Shown here: positions 40,770 to 52,961 of the stretch, one piece after another
Numbering within the stretch: the first letter of the stretch is position 1
Layout of the letters: each line of letters opens with the position of its first letter
Assembly: GCA_951406725.2 (NCBI GenBank)
Contig: OX597815.1
Coordinates: forward strand, 37,510,001-37,574,000
Direction: 5' to 3'
DNA: 64,000 bases
Source: Octopus vulgaris
Lineage: Eukaryota
Program-made: the position numbers and the translations under genes
Notes under the pieces: generated by a model
What the model was told of the DNA's origin: nothing
What the model saw: the letters and a program-made list of their open reading frames with translations, nothing else
Database searches by the model: none

Positions 40770-41040
40770 ATCGTGAGAACAGGCCCTTGATTTCTATGAA
40801 GAGAGTGCTATGGAATTAGAATATCGTACGAAAGAATTGTGATATGGGTCCATCAAATCGAGCAAACCAGTAGGAAACCTAGGGGTAGATCAAGAAAAAG
40901 ATGGTTGGCTAATATCCATAGTCTCAGTTGTTCACGCTCAGTAGTCCAAATTGTAAATCTAATGACGGTTGCTTCTTATATGACCCTATGGAGGAGGTAC
41001 TTGAGGACTCTACTCCAACTACGCCCCCAGAAATAATAAG
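40770..41040 (+). mobile_element. RTE-clade LINE 3' end
   Basis: RKPRGRSRKRWLANI matches the RTE C-terminal G.R.RGRP.KRW motif. Ends in aataataa. Confidence 0.65.
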
Positions 41041-41077
41041 CAGGGAGAGATTAAGGGAAGAGTATGCTGTTCATAGC

Positions 41078-41535
41078 AAAGTAACAACTATATTGCTGAA
41101 TCTTTTGCCATCCTACATGTATGGGGAACAGCTTTTCTCTTCAATAAGAATCAAAAGCATGTTAAGAACTGAAGTTGAAATTCTTGGATTTAGATGAACC
41201 TAAAACCCGATTTACATATTGGTGTACAAAAAGAAAAGCACAGCTCTCTTATTTAGAGAGCAATTTATGTCAAATAAATTGGCTTAAAAATAATATAGAC
41301 TTGCTCCATATGATATGTTGCCTTGATATATCTTATTCGTTTTCAATATATTTAACACAATTGATATAAATTGCATTTTCTTTTTGTACACCAATATGAA
41401 AATCGGGTTTTAGGTTCATCTAAATCCAAGAATTTCAACTTCAATTTCTAACATGCTTTTGATTCTTATTGAAGAAAAAAGCTGTTCCTCACACATGTAG
41501 GATGGCAAAAGATTCAGCAATATAGTTATTACTTT
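41078..41535. repeat. ~160-bp-arm inverted duplication
   Basis: 41078-41240 is the reverse complement of 41372-41535 with scattered mismatches. Confidence 0.9.
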
Positions 41536-41808
41536 GATACTCCAAAGAATATTTTCCAAAATCTACAAACAATGGTACTGAAAGAAAATATAGTGTAAAA
41601 ATAGATACGTATGTGTATATCTATGTATATTCTCATGTATTTTTAATCATTTGTAATACTCCTCTAAGGAAAGAGCTGATTTTTGACAAAAATACAAATT
41701 CCCATCAAGGAAAGTAGATAACTGTATGCATGTGTGTGCGTGACTTTGTGTATGTGTTTGTTTCCTGGTCAGGGGCACAAATACATTCACAAACAATCAC
41801 ACACGCAC

Positions 41809-41855
<47 letters not shown>

Positions 41856-41858
<3 letters not shown>

Positions 41859-41995
41859 GGCTTCTTTCAGTTTCTGCCTACTAAATCCACTCACAAGGTT
41901 TTGGTCGGCTAGAGGCTATAGTAGAAGACACTTGCCCTAGTTGGCACGCATTGAGATCGAATCTTGAACCATGTGCTTGGGAAACACACTTCTTT
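41856..41995 (-). mobile_element. CORE-type SINE interrupted in its tRNA head
   Basis: Reverse complement of the 21205 family. The head appears to resume at ~44122-44150. Confidence 0.75.
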
Positions 41996-44121
41996 ATTTC
42001 ATTATATTAGCCATAAGACCTTACACAGAAAAAGGAAGCTACGGGCTGGACATAGGCATAATGTTATATGAAATGAAAATGAAAATTATGATTAATGGAG
42101 GAAAAAACGACATCCGCCGATCGATTTTTTCCCGAGTACATTGATCTCTTGTATATTGTTCATGAGGAACAAACCTCTTCACTGTTCATAATATTTAATA
42201 ACAAAAGGGAATTTCGATAGTACTGAGGCTTTTCAACCTCTTATCCATATTCCTCCCCAACATCGCTTGTGCCAGCATCCTATGCCACTCATTCGAGATC
42301 AAACGTGTTCTGTGTCGGCGTCGCCCGGGTACAAGCGATATTTCTCATTGAGTCCCTCCAGCTTAAGCGTCACGTCCAACGTTATGACCTCAACAGCTAT
42401 CTGCAGATCCTGCGTGCAGGCTAAAGGTACTCACTTATGGTGCTTTTCCACCACCTTTTCAACCTCTCCGTCTCTATAGAAGAAGACCAATAATTCGTCT
42501 TCCTCCGAGGGCGGGATATCCAATTCTACCGTTGGCGGGACAGTTCCCGCCAACGGTGTCTCTTCTCCTTCCGGTGGCACAACCCCAACCGACGTAGTTC
42601 CGGGACATTCCGGTACTATGTCACCGACTGCCGGCAATGTCCCGTTTCTCTTCCTCTTGCTCTTTTGTTTTCTTTTCAACTGAGGGAGGGTGCGTCTCCT
42701 CCGTGACCGGGAGATTCACCTCCCCTTCCTCATCCCTAAGATTCTTCGACTAGCCCCATTGTTGCTTACCGTCTTCCTCTTGCGGCCCTTCTTTGAGGAG
42801 TCCTATTGTCACCTTAATTCCCTCTTCTACAGAGGTCTCACTTAATTCCCTCTTCTACAAAGGTCTCACTCAACTGCTCCAGGACATTATTTTGTTCCTG
42901 GGGAAAGTTTTTCTTTATAGGCCTGACTCCAGACACCGATGACACCTGGGGCGGGGGAGGTGACCCTCAAGAATCACCGGGTACCTGCACCCGGCCATTT
43001 AAAAAAAATCTGGAAAAACCCGATTGGATGATTGGGTCCAAGGGGTCAAAACAGCTTTTGACCCAACCCCAATCAGCCGCAGGAAAAACTTTCACATTAA
43101 GGAGATTGGCTCCGCTGCCACCCGGACCTCGGTGGATAGTGTCCCCTATCCACTCGGGTTTTACCCCGGGTAGCAACCCGCAGACCCAAGCTCTCGTCAA
43201 CCTCCTCCAACAATACGTAGGAAGAAATTAAATTTCCTCGCCCTCTAAGGGCTGGCTAGCAAATTTGCGAGCCTCTTCATGGGTGTCAAATAGCAACCAT
43301 ATCGTTGCGTATTTGACACCTCTGGAAATAAATTTGTTGGCAAATACTCTGCCAAATCCTTTTCAATTACAGTCTTTTCAAATAGGGCGATGGAGTCGAG
43401 TGACTTGGAGTAGGTCCTCAACAGCACCGTCCTATCTTCACGGTCTTCCAACCACTGCTTGGGTGGTGCAATCTCCCACTCCAAAACATTGCCATGTTTT
43501 CTTTTTTTTTTATCAGTTCGAAAATAGTTCAAAACAAAGCTTAAAAAGAGAGAAGAAAAATGAAATCAAAAGAAAGTCACAATAAAATGAGAAGAAAAGA
43601 AAGTCAAATAAAATTTAGAAGAAAGAAAGCCAATAGTTCAAAAACACAGCCAAAAAATTCTTCCGGCCATTCGATACTCCCTGCCAAGGTTGAACCCAGA
43701 ACGCCACAACTGGAAGACAACATCCACAAAAACTGGTATACAAATCGTTCAATCTTCGTAGGCAAAGACCCCCCCCCCCAAAAAAAAACCCCAGCAATTC
43801 TCACAATTATTTAAAACATTCGCAATAGGTGAACAAATTTTTTAGTAGGCACAATACTCCTCAAAGCAACAACTCTCACAATTAAGTGAGAAAAAATAAT
43901 CGCTCCACTGCAAGTAGACCAGAATTTAGAATCCAGTAGGACTTACTGCTTGTACAAAAAAAATGCCGCAAAACAAAACGTTCCCACTGGACCTAAAAAT
44001 CAAGTATCTTACCTTACAGTGGAGCTTCAAAATTTTTTCAATTCGAGCAGGCTTCAAAGGCACGTCTCACCGTTTCGGTGCCAAACACCACACTTACTCG
44101 CACATGCGCAGAAGCAACCTT
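41996..44121 (-). mobile_element. ORF1-only L1/Tx1-like (HAL1-like) non-autonomous retroelement
   Basis: Frameshifted ORF1 on the minus strand (REDRTVLLRTY.., TRAWVCGLLPGVKPEW, zinc-knuckle-like CHRCLESG at ~42925-42945, basic KRKQKSKRKR tail). Short 3' UTR with AATAAA at ~41993-41998. No EN/RT seen. Confidence 0.65.
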
Positions 44122-44794
44122 CTTGGGGAAGCAAGCTTTTTACCACGCAGGAATGCTGTCTCTTATTCTTTCTTTCTGTCTTTCTCTCAGTTCATGCATA
44201 CAGACACATGCACCCATATAAATAGAACTTATAAGAGAAGCACTGCGGGACAGTGGATGTTTGTTCCATATGTTTACAGCTGTTTCGTAATCTTGTTAGT
44301 TATACGACAAATACTATATCAACATTAACAGGCATATAAACTGTACATATGAATACACACACACGCGTGTACACACACACGCGTGCACACACACACGCGT
44401 GCACACACACGCGCGTGCACATACACACTCACACATATACACATACACGCAGGCACACACATACTCACACACACATACACACACCGTTTGCCCCAATAAA
44501 TACATACCACGTTCAGAGTTAAAAATCGATGTTTAGAGATATGACCTGACTCTCATGTTTTCATTTCCTTTTATTCAACTTAATCTCTAAATGATGACGC
44601 TAGAAGCTACATCATTTTCCCTAGACATAATAAAATATTCGTTTCATTTCCAGTAAGATGTTTTCTGTTGACTGAATTACTCTTTGTCATGAGATTGTTG
44701 CTGTCATCTCCACTTAAAGTTGAGTTTGATGGAAAAATATTAATGTTGATTCTGCTTATTCGTTTTTAATTCCATTTCTGGTTGCTGATGTCTG

Positions 44795-44899
<105 letters not shown>

Positions 44900-45234
44900 G
44901 TTGTTTATACCTACTTGCTTTGTGAATGTAATGAACGTCGTCGGGAAACAGAAGAACACTGAAATATTACTCTGTTGTAAATGTTTTAACAGTTGCGTAT
45001 TTCATGTAAATTTTAGTCTTTGCCTTGAAATATAATTACCAGTTCCTCATCAGTGCTCCCCTAATAGCTATAAATATTACCAAGACATTTAAAGCTTCTG
45101 ATATGAAAACATTTATAAAAAGTATCTAAACTTTTCAACAAATCAATAACGGTAGATTCAGTCATAGTCACATGTTTTATAATTTTTGTGATACCAGAAC
45201 ATAAATTTGAAATAATCTTTACTTCATTGCTTTA

Positions 45235-45440
45235 TACCTTTTACTTGTTTCAGTCATTAGACTGCGTACACGCTGGGGTACCGCCTTATATGTATACAGC
45301 TGCTTCTTTCAGTTTCCGCCAAATCCACTCACAAGGTTTTGGTCGGCTCGAAGCTATAATAGAAAACACTAGTCAAAGCTCTCACGCAGTGTGACTGAAA
45401 CTAGAACCATGTGATCGGAAAGCAACCTTCTAACGCCCCA
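45235..45440 (-). mobile_element. Two adjacent SINE fragments
   Basis: cagtcattagactgcg fragment plus a CORE-type SINE (ccaaatccactcacaaggttttggtcggc). Confidence 0.7.
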
Positions 45441-46721
45441 GCTGCTTTTATATACATTATTTTGATCAATGCTTGGTTAAGTTGGCAGTGTATCAAATTA
45501 TTGGCCCTACAATGAATGTTTCATATTTCATTATTTGTGTAGCACTGCATACCTGGACACTACAGTTAGATTTTACAGGATCGGGCCAGTAAGACAAGAA
45601 CGTTTAATCATGCCTTATTTCTACTGAATCGAGACTTAAGCATTGGATATATGAGTCACTCCTATTGTTGATGCTGGTTAGCCGGATATAACCTATAAGC
45701 AGTAGGTGGGAAAGGTGACAGTGAAAACAAATAGTAAATACGATGTTTTGCAGTACAGCATTACAATTGACAACGCCTAGAGTAACTAACAGTAACTCAC
45801 CAACCAAAATCAACAAGAGTTTTGAAGATTTGAGCACATTAAATCAACAACAGCAGAAACAACATTGACAAAAGCCACAAGAGTAAAAAACAAAATGTCT
45901 TTTCGCAACAAATCAAGTAATATACACATTCAAGTGAACGAAGAACGAATATTGTTAAAGTTAAATAACATTTATTCTGTACACTATTGTGATTATGTGA
46001 TCTTTCGTAAGCATAAAAGCCATTCAGTCAAGCGTCAGATCTGTTTCAGAAGCAGTAAATACAAAATGGACTCTCTGGTAAAAAGCCGGAAATTTAAGCC
46101 TATTGTAGATATTTTCCTGTGTTTTTGAATAGATTATCTTAGCTGTTCACACCACAGTTCAGTTAACTAGAAAAAAAAACCTAAAAAACAAAGACAAACA
46201 AACAAAAAAAAAAGAGATTAAAATACCGATCCATTTATTATTAACTTTGTTTAATGAATCTAGACCCAAGTAATGGATATATGTTCCCCTTCTTGCTGAA
46301 GTTGTTGAAATTATCTAACTGTAGGTCATCTCTGATTGATTTCACTTTGATCAAGACTGTCGTTTTGGCAATGGCTATATTATCTTCTTTACAGAAACAT
46401 GACTGATATTTTCTCTTTCTTAAATCGTAGTTGGTTATCCTAACCAGTTAAAATCGGTCATTTGTTGATAGAATTAACTTTGAATATATTTAGAGATATC
46501 ATTATTACACCTTTTCTCTCTGTAAAAAGGACTTTTGTTTTAATTTATTATTTCTTATTTGGATTTTAATGTACTTACATGCAATTAAATTACCTGTATA
46601 TTTCAAACAAAATTATTTGAATATAGTTATCCCTCAGATTATCTTACAGAAAATATAAAGAAAAGAAAGAAACAAAATAATTATTGCTCTTTCCTTTTTT
46701 TAATATTATGAATTGTAGAAA

Positions 46722-46925
46722 GCAGCGACCTGGCAGACTCGTTAGCACACCGGACATAGTGCTTAGCGGCATTTCGTCCGTCTTCGCTTTCTGATTTCAA
46801 GTCCCATCAAGGACGACTTTGCTTTTGATCTTTTTGATAAAATAAGTACCATTTGAGCGCTGGGGTCGATATAATTGACTTACTCTCCCGAAATTGCTGG
46901 CATTGTGTCAGAATTTGAAACCAAT
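46722..46925 (+). mobile_element. SINE (GAGCTGGCAGAA family), diverged
   Basis: Similar to 47800-48030. Confidence 0.75.
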
Positions 46926-47309
46926 ATTATCAGTTGATATTCTATTTATTAATATTTGAAAAATACATTCAACAAACACGCGCAAGAAGCATAACAGTTT
47001 ATTATCGACACAGGAAGTTGGAAGATATTAGTTGTTTATATTCACCCAGCACTTTGATAATAGTTGCATATCATCAACGTATAAATTCTGTCTTTGGCTC
47101 GTGTGAAACCTTACGAGTTTCACTTATAGAGTTCACTTTCCCTTTGTTCAAAGTTATTTTCTACAAGAATCCTGGTGTTTGAACTTAAGAAAACATTCCA
47201 CCGACCGAGGATGAAATGATTTATATTTGATAGAAATCCTTGATTATGCGCTCGCCCGTGTATAATTCATACCTTCAAAAACACGTACATACATACATTC
47301 ATAGATACA

Positions 47310-47343
<34 letters not shown>

Positions 47344-47489
47344 CATGCATACATACATACATACATACATATATACATACATACATACATACATACATAC
47401 ATACATACATACATGCATACATACATACATACGTACATACATACATGCATGCATAGACACAAAGACACACGCATGTGATGTATATACAT

Positions 47490-48180
47490 TTATTCGTGTT
47501 CTCTTCCGTCTTTAATTAATTGAAATCTTCCTCTGAAGAAGGAGATTATTTCTAGCAATGGTACAAAGCTCCATTGAAATATAGACAACAAAAACAAATT
47601 TGAATTTGAAACATGAGGATATTCATGCATATTATTACTTGTCCACTTACAAAATGTATTTGTCTTAGCTGAGTTATTTCTTTTTCTGAAAACTAGCTTA
47701 GCCAAACTGTCACTCAAGACATTTACTCATAAAATCGAGTGTACCAATTATCATTGGTATAAATGTGAATTCGTAATCTGGATATAAACGTTGAAGGTTT
47801 GGCGAGCTGGCAGAAACGTTAGCATGCCGGGCGAAATGCTTAGCGGTATTTCGTCTGCCGCTACGTTCTGAGTTCAAATTTCGCCGAGGTCGACTTTGCC
47901 TTTCATCCTTTCGCGGTCGATTAAATAAGTACCAGTTACGCACTGGGGTCGATATAATCGACTTAATCTGTTTGTCTGTCCTTGTTTGTCCCCTCTGTGT
48001 GTAGCCCCTTGTGGGTAGGAAAGAAAATAGGTTTGAACGTAGTTGTCTGTACTTAGCCTCTTTCTCTTTGATTTATGAAGAGAGAGTCACAGCAGCACGC
48101 AGCCGAACTCCGTGACTCCTATTCCTTTTCTTGTTCAATCCAAACAACGATAACCATTGTATTATATTTGCACTACACAG
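47490..48180 (-). mobile_element. R4/Dong-like (RLE) non-LTR element 3' end, split by a SINE
   Basis: Minus strand IVVW...KEKEAKYRQLRS/NLQRLYPDYEFTFIPMIIGTL, typical of an RLE C-terminus. Confidence 0.7.
47800..48030 (+). mobile_element. Young full-length SINE with AGGTTTG TSD
   Basis: ggcgagctggcagaaacgttagc...gagttcaaatt...gcctttcatcctttcg...agcccttgtggg. aggtttg at 47795 and 48029. Confidence 0.9.
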
Positions 48181-48655
48181 AAGTTTTGATAGGAAAGTTT
48201 TACGAATATTCCTTGTGTTAATGTTTATATGCGTATTCAACAAGAGAATCTCTGTATTCGTACTAGGACAGCATGTATGTTTATATATATAGGCATTTTT
48301 TTCTTTGAGTTTATTTTCTTTGTAAAGGGAATTCAAGTCGGTCGTCAATGAAACAAAGACATTTCTGAATGAAGAGAGTTTCCATTGTTTGTAAATATGT
48401 GGTTGACTTGGTGTATTAGTTGAGCTGTTGATGCACATACCCAAATACAATGCATCAATTCATCTAAAAAATCTTAGATGGAGAATCTTTGGAATGTCTT
48501 ACAAATTTTCACTGAGTTGCTAATAGATTGCACATGGTGAATATGTCCCAGCTTCTTTACCTCTTTCATCGAAAAACTTAGTACTTTTAGTATTTTTTTG
48601 TGTACATTTGTATGTTCATAACTAAATACACCTATGATGGTACAAATGAAAATTT

Positions 48656-48990
48656 CAGTTCTATATTTAAGAGATGAGGAATTATGTACATTATTTACAT
48701 TATTTACATATGACGGATATTCGTCCTCATTTTGTTTGTTGCTAGCACAACGTTTCGGCTGATATACCCTCCAGCCTTCATGAGGTGTCTTGGGGAAATT
48801 TCGAACCTGAGTTCTCATCATCATCATCATCATCAACATCGTCATCGTCATCATCATCATCGTCATCATCATCATCATCATCATTATCGTTATTATTGTT
48901 GTTGTTATTATTCAGGTCACTGCCCGGAATCGAACTCGGAATCTTGGGATTAGTAGCCCGCGCTCTCAGCCATTACGCCATATGCCCATT
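48656..48990 (-). mobile_element. tRNA-head plus hammerhead retroelement, complete copy
   Basis: Reverse complement: A box TGGCGTAATGG, B box GAGTTCGATTCC, (AAT/GAT)n, HHR at 48745-48788 (ACAC-CTCATGA-A-GGCTG..CAGCC-GAAACGT-T-GTGC), then tail. Confidence 0.8.
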
Positions 48991-49236
48991 GTGGTTAAGA
49001 GCGCGGGCTACTAACCCCAAGATTCCAAGTTCGATTCCAGGCAGTGATCTGAATAACAACAACAACAACAACAACAATAATAATAACATCGAAAAATACC
49101 TTAAGAATGAGAACCCAGGTTCGAAATTCCCCACGACACCTAATGAAAGCTGGAGAGTATATCAACCGAAACGTTGTGTTAGCAACAAACAAGATGTGGA
49201 CGAATATCCGTCAAATGTAAATAATGTAAATAATGT
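48991..49236 (+). mobile_element. Second, inverted, truncated copy of the tRNA-head plus hammerhead element
   Basis: gtggttaagagcgcgggctactaacccc..gttcgattcc head. HHR at 49136-49179 (ACAC-CTAATGA-A-AGCTG..CAACC-GAAACGT-T-GTGT). Confidence 0.8.
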
Positions 49237-49249
49237 AAATGAAAATTTA

Positions 49250-50091
49250 TAGTTAGAATGCAAGAGCTTTAAGTGCTGCATTTATTTGCCATAAATGTTC
49301 ACTTTTTCTTGGACTTTTGATGATACATTCACATCCGGTAGGTAACTGACCTCTTCAAGACTGCTTGACTTTTGTTCCCTGTCCCACAGAACAGTATCAA
49401 CTCTGTTATATTTCGAGAAATTTACTGTTTTTATCGGAGTGTTTCACCGGTATTTCTTGTTTCTAAAGGTGTGAATACAAGATGGATCTCACATGTGATT
49501 TATGTATACGTCGTCTGTCCTCCATGCAGATAGTATTGTAAATAATCTTTACAACTATATCATGCCTCAGGGACAAGTAATATCTTATACACATATCGAG
49601 GCAGCTGCTGCTGATGTGGATGACATCATCCACAGCGGTATAAAATAGCAGACATTTTCTGTTTTCATTCACGTTTGTTGTTATCTTTGTCCCTCACTTG
49701 TTTATCAGATATTTAGTAGCTCTCTCCTGTTCCTGGATTGCGAAGGCATATACTTCAGGGTGGGATCTAATACAACTATCACAGATCCAGACGAAGCTAC
49801 TTTTCTTGTCAATGCTATTGTCATTTTCTACCTTACGGTATATGTACCCATGCATGATGTCAGCTTTTCTTACAAGCTTTGCATTCGCAGAGTAGCTGCT
49901 CAGAGTCACATTCAAAGGTTGTTGGATTGGCCTTATGTCTCTGCCGGCATCTCTTCGTATCCCATAGATACTGCTGGTGTCACTGCTGATGTGGAAATTG
50001 CCAGTGATGGTCAGTATCTTTGTAGTTTTGATGTCCAGGTAGCGGATCTCGTCAAGAATCCATTCCAATATCTCAAGTGTTGGTACTAGCA
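49250..50091 (-). mobile_element. R4/Dong-like non-LTR remnant (post-RT, CCHC/RHD region)
   Basis: LDIKTTKILT, YAFAIQEQERATKYL and HISSSC..RYYL..RHDIVVKIIYN. Confidence 0.8.
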
Positions 50092-50157
50092 TATGTATTT
50101 ACGTATGTATGTATGTATGTATGTATGTATGTATGTATGTATGTATGTATGTATGTA

Positions 50158-50188
<31 letters not shown>

Positions 50189-50424
50189 ATGTATGTATGT
50201 ATTTATGAATGCATGTGTACATTTATGCATGTATGTACCAATCTATTCGTTGGGAATGAGTTTTCATGTTTTCACAAACGTTCATGGTTTGGCCTGAATG
50301 GAAAAAAAGTGCCTGGCAGTGAGAAAAGAGAGAATCGGATACATATGGCAGAATACTATGGTTGGGAAATGGGAATGATAGACTGATAAATAAATTGAAA
50401 GACTGATATAGAGATATAACGATA

Positions 50425-50720
50425 CAGGCCTGACGTGGCTCTCCGAACAGCCTGCTCGTAGAGTTGACGTGCATGTGGCTGAGCACGCCACAGACACACG
50501 TACTCTTAACGTAGTTATAAGTGAGATTCAGCCTGACACAAAATGTCACAGCCCTTTGTCACTGGCCCATTGAGTCACACGTACAGCCGTTTTTGCCAGC
50601 TGAGTAGACTGCAGCAAGAAAAAATAGTGTCTTGCTGAAGGACACAATTCAAAGCTGCGAATCGGACTGGCGGCCTTACGGTCTTGAGCCGTATGCCCTA
50701 GCCTCTAAACAATGTGCCTT
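50425..50720 (-). mobile_element. tRNA-derived SINE, diverged
   Basis: cagctgagtagactg..gtgtcttgctgaaggacacaa, shared with 17100-17160. Confidence 0.65.
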
Positions 50721-51009
50721 CACGAACGAGAGGGAGAGAAAGAGAAAAGGAGAGAGAGAGAGAAACCGAGAGAAAGAGAAAGAGAAAGAGAGAGAGAAAT
50801 GAGTTGAGAGACGAGATGCCGGAGCAAAGATGCGAAATTCCAAAGTGAGACAGAGAAACGGTAATAGAATATCAGATAAACAAAGAGATATGAGAAATAA
50901 ATGAAACTAGGGACTTTGAGAAAGAAATATATAAAGGGGAGATATAACAACACAAAGCGTGGCACACGCACACACACAAATATGCAGACACACACACACA
51001 TACACACAT

Positions 51010-51060
<51 letters not shown>

Positions 51061-51687
51061 CAAAAAACGTTCCCCACCACCACTCCATTACATCTGCCTA
51101 AATGCATAAATACCAGAACTTATTTTGACAGCCAGCTTCCTGAAGATTTCATCTGAATGAAACAGTTCTAGTCCTGTAGAAGCTCCTTCTATAGAATAAA
51201 TTATTTTACTCTGCTATGTATTGAGTACCTTATTTACTGTGGTTAACCTCGACTCAACCCGGGACCTACGTATATATGTATCTTTCAAAAGTCAGACAAA
51301 GAAGAGGAAAATATACGAAAACTGGGTGAAAACATAAGGAACAAAAGGGAGTCATAAACACGATACAAGGAGCATTCGCTGCTGATGTTCTCATTAGTTG
51401 GTTTCTGAGATGTCTTAGTGGTTTCACGCACACACACGCACGCACACACACACACGCACATACACACACATGTATATATATGAGAGGCATTGGTATCAAG
51501 AAGATCCAAGGTGTTAGGTAACGCTATGTAAGTGCCATGGAAGGATCGTAGTTAAACTTTCGGTTCGATAATGATACGAGTGAGGAGTCTAATGCGGGTC
51601 TTGTATGAGCATGTATACGTTAGATAAAATGAGACAACAAAGCCAAGGCTATGTGGAGTTTTCAGGATATTTATAAAGAGAAAGTTA

Positions 51688-51735
51688 GTCTTACAGCCGT
51701 TTCTGGGACATTAGAGATATCCCTTCAACAGAGAC
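51688..51735 (-). ncRNA. Type I hammerhead ribozyme (CUGUUGA variant)
   Basis: Reverse complement: GTCT-CTGTTGA-A-GGGATAT(CTCTA)ATGTCCC-A-GAAACGGCTGTA-AGAC. Confidence 0.7.
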
Positions 51736-52825
51736 GATGTGAGAGGGTTAAATAGAGGGAAATATTAGAGTTCAATATATGAGTTATTTTAGAAAAGGAA
51801 GCAAATAAGGAGTGTATAAGGAAATAGGAGAATGAATGTAGGAATAAAGATAAAAATGCATAAAGACGTTATAGTTACAGATCCATTACCCAAAGAAATT
51901 GGTATGTAGAAGTGGTGTAATTGCTTCCTGTCCGTTGTAGGTAATTTCCAATATGATTTCATATTTTGTCATCACAAATGGAAAGTGTGGATACGTAGAT
52001 TCCATGTGCTGTTCATTCAAAGGGGTATTATTGTGTGAATGAAAGTTTGAGAATGTAATGATAGTATTAAGTGTATCGAGAGGAGATAAGAGATGTGTAT
52101 GTTAAAATGAAGAGAGAGATCAAAGGAAAAGGTGAGAAAAGAAGAAAGAAAGAAACAGGAAGAGAAAATGAAAACAAGAAAAGGGAACGAAGAAAGAGTG
52201 TAAAAAAGTGAAAAAAATGAAAAAAAATGAAAAATGAAAAAATGCCATTCTAATATATAACCCAACCTCACACACGTCACACATATTCATTACTTACATT
52301 ATCTCTTCCTACCCTCCCCTACTCCTCTCCCATCCACCCTCTTAATATCTTGACCACCAACTAACAGTCGTTTCATTTTTTCACTTCCTTACACGTTTTT
52401 CATCTTCTTTTTGTTTTTGTTTTCATTTTCTCTTCCTCTTTCTCTCCTTTTCTCAATTTTTTTTATTTGACCACTCTCTTTATTTTAACATACACATCGC
52501 TTCTCTCCCCTCTATCCAGTTAATACTATCACAAGACTCCTTTGAATGAACAGCACACAGAATCTACGTATCTACATTTCCTATTTCTAATGATAAAATA
52601 TGAACTCCAATTAGAATTTAACTACCACGGACAGGAAGCATTTATACCACCTCTACACACCAATTTCCTTGGATAATGGAACTGTAACTATAATGTCTTT
52701 ATACATTTTTATTTCTATTTCTACAGTCATTCTCCTATTTTCCTATACACTCCTTATTTATTTCATTTTCTAAAATAACTCCTACATTGAACTCTGTTTA
52801 ACCCTCTATTTAACCCTCTCACATC

Positions 52826-52873
52826 GTCTCTGATGAAGAGATATCCCTAATATCTCAGAAACAGCTGTAAGAC
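52826..52873 (+). ncRNA. Type I hammerhead ribozyme with intact core
   Basis: GTCT-CTGATGA-A-GAGATAT(CCCTA)ATATCTC-A-GAAACAGCTGTA-AGAC. Stem I GTCT/AGAC, 7-bp stem II, palindromic stem III ACAGCTGT, GUA cleavage triplet at 52867-52869. Confidence 0.85.
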
Positions 52874-52961
52874 TAATTTTCTCGTTATAAATATCCTGAA
52901 AACTCCACACAGCTTTGGCCCTCCTTCTCTCCCTTTCCTATTTTCATTAATGATGCTTTAA

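Larger units (their letters stand above)
51642..52920. mobile_element. Head-to-head inverted pair of ~550-600-bp PLE-type terminal repeats
   Basis: 51642-52240 is the reverse complement of 52370-52920 (diverged). Each arm carries an HHR. Confidence 0.85.

Noticed and set aside
44908-44965. Possible 44-nt minus-strand microexon (tttcag...gtaggt)
   Set aside because: Splice-like signals of this strength occur by chance, and there are no supporting neighbouring exons.
45604-45837. Minus-strand ORF resembling a signal peptide (MLKSSKLLLILVGELLLV)
   Set aside because: It starts at GTG right after a stop, has no ATG or clear splice context, and its hydrophobicity reflects T-richness.
48915-49050. 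Two tRNA-like sequences as true tRNA genes
   Set aside because: The acceptor stem is not well formed, the ACT anticodon is atypical, and both are fused to the same downstream repeat body, so they are SINE-type heads.
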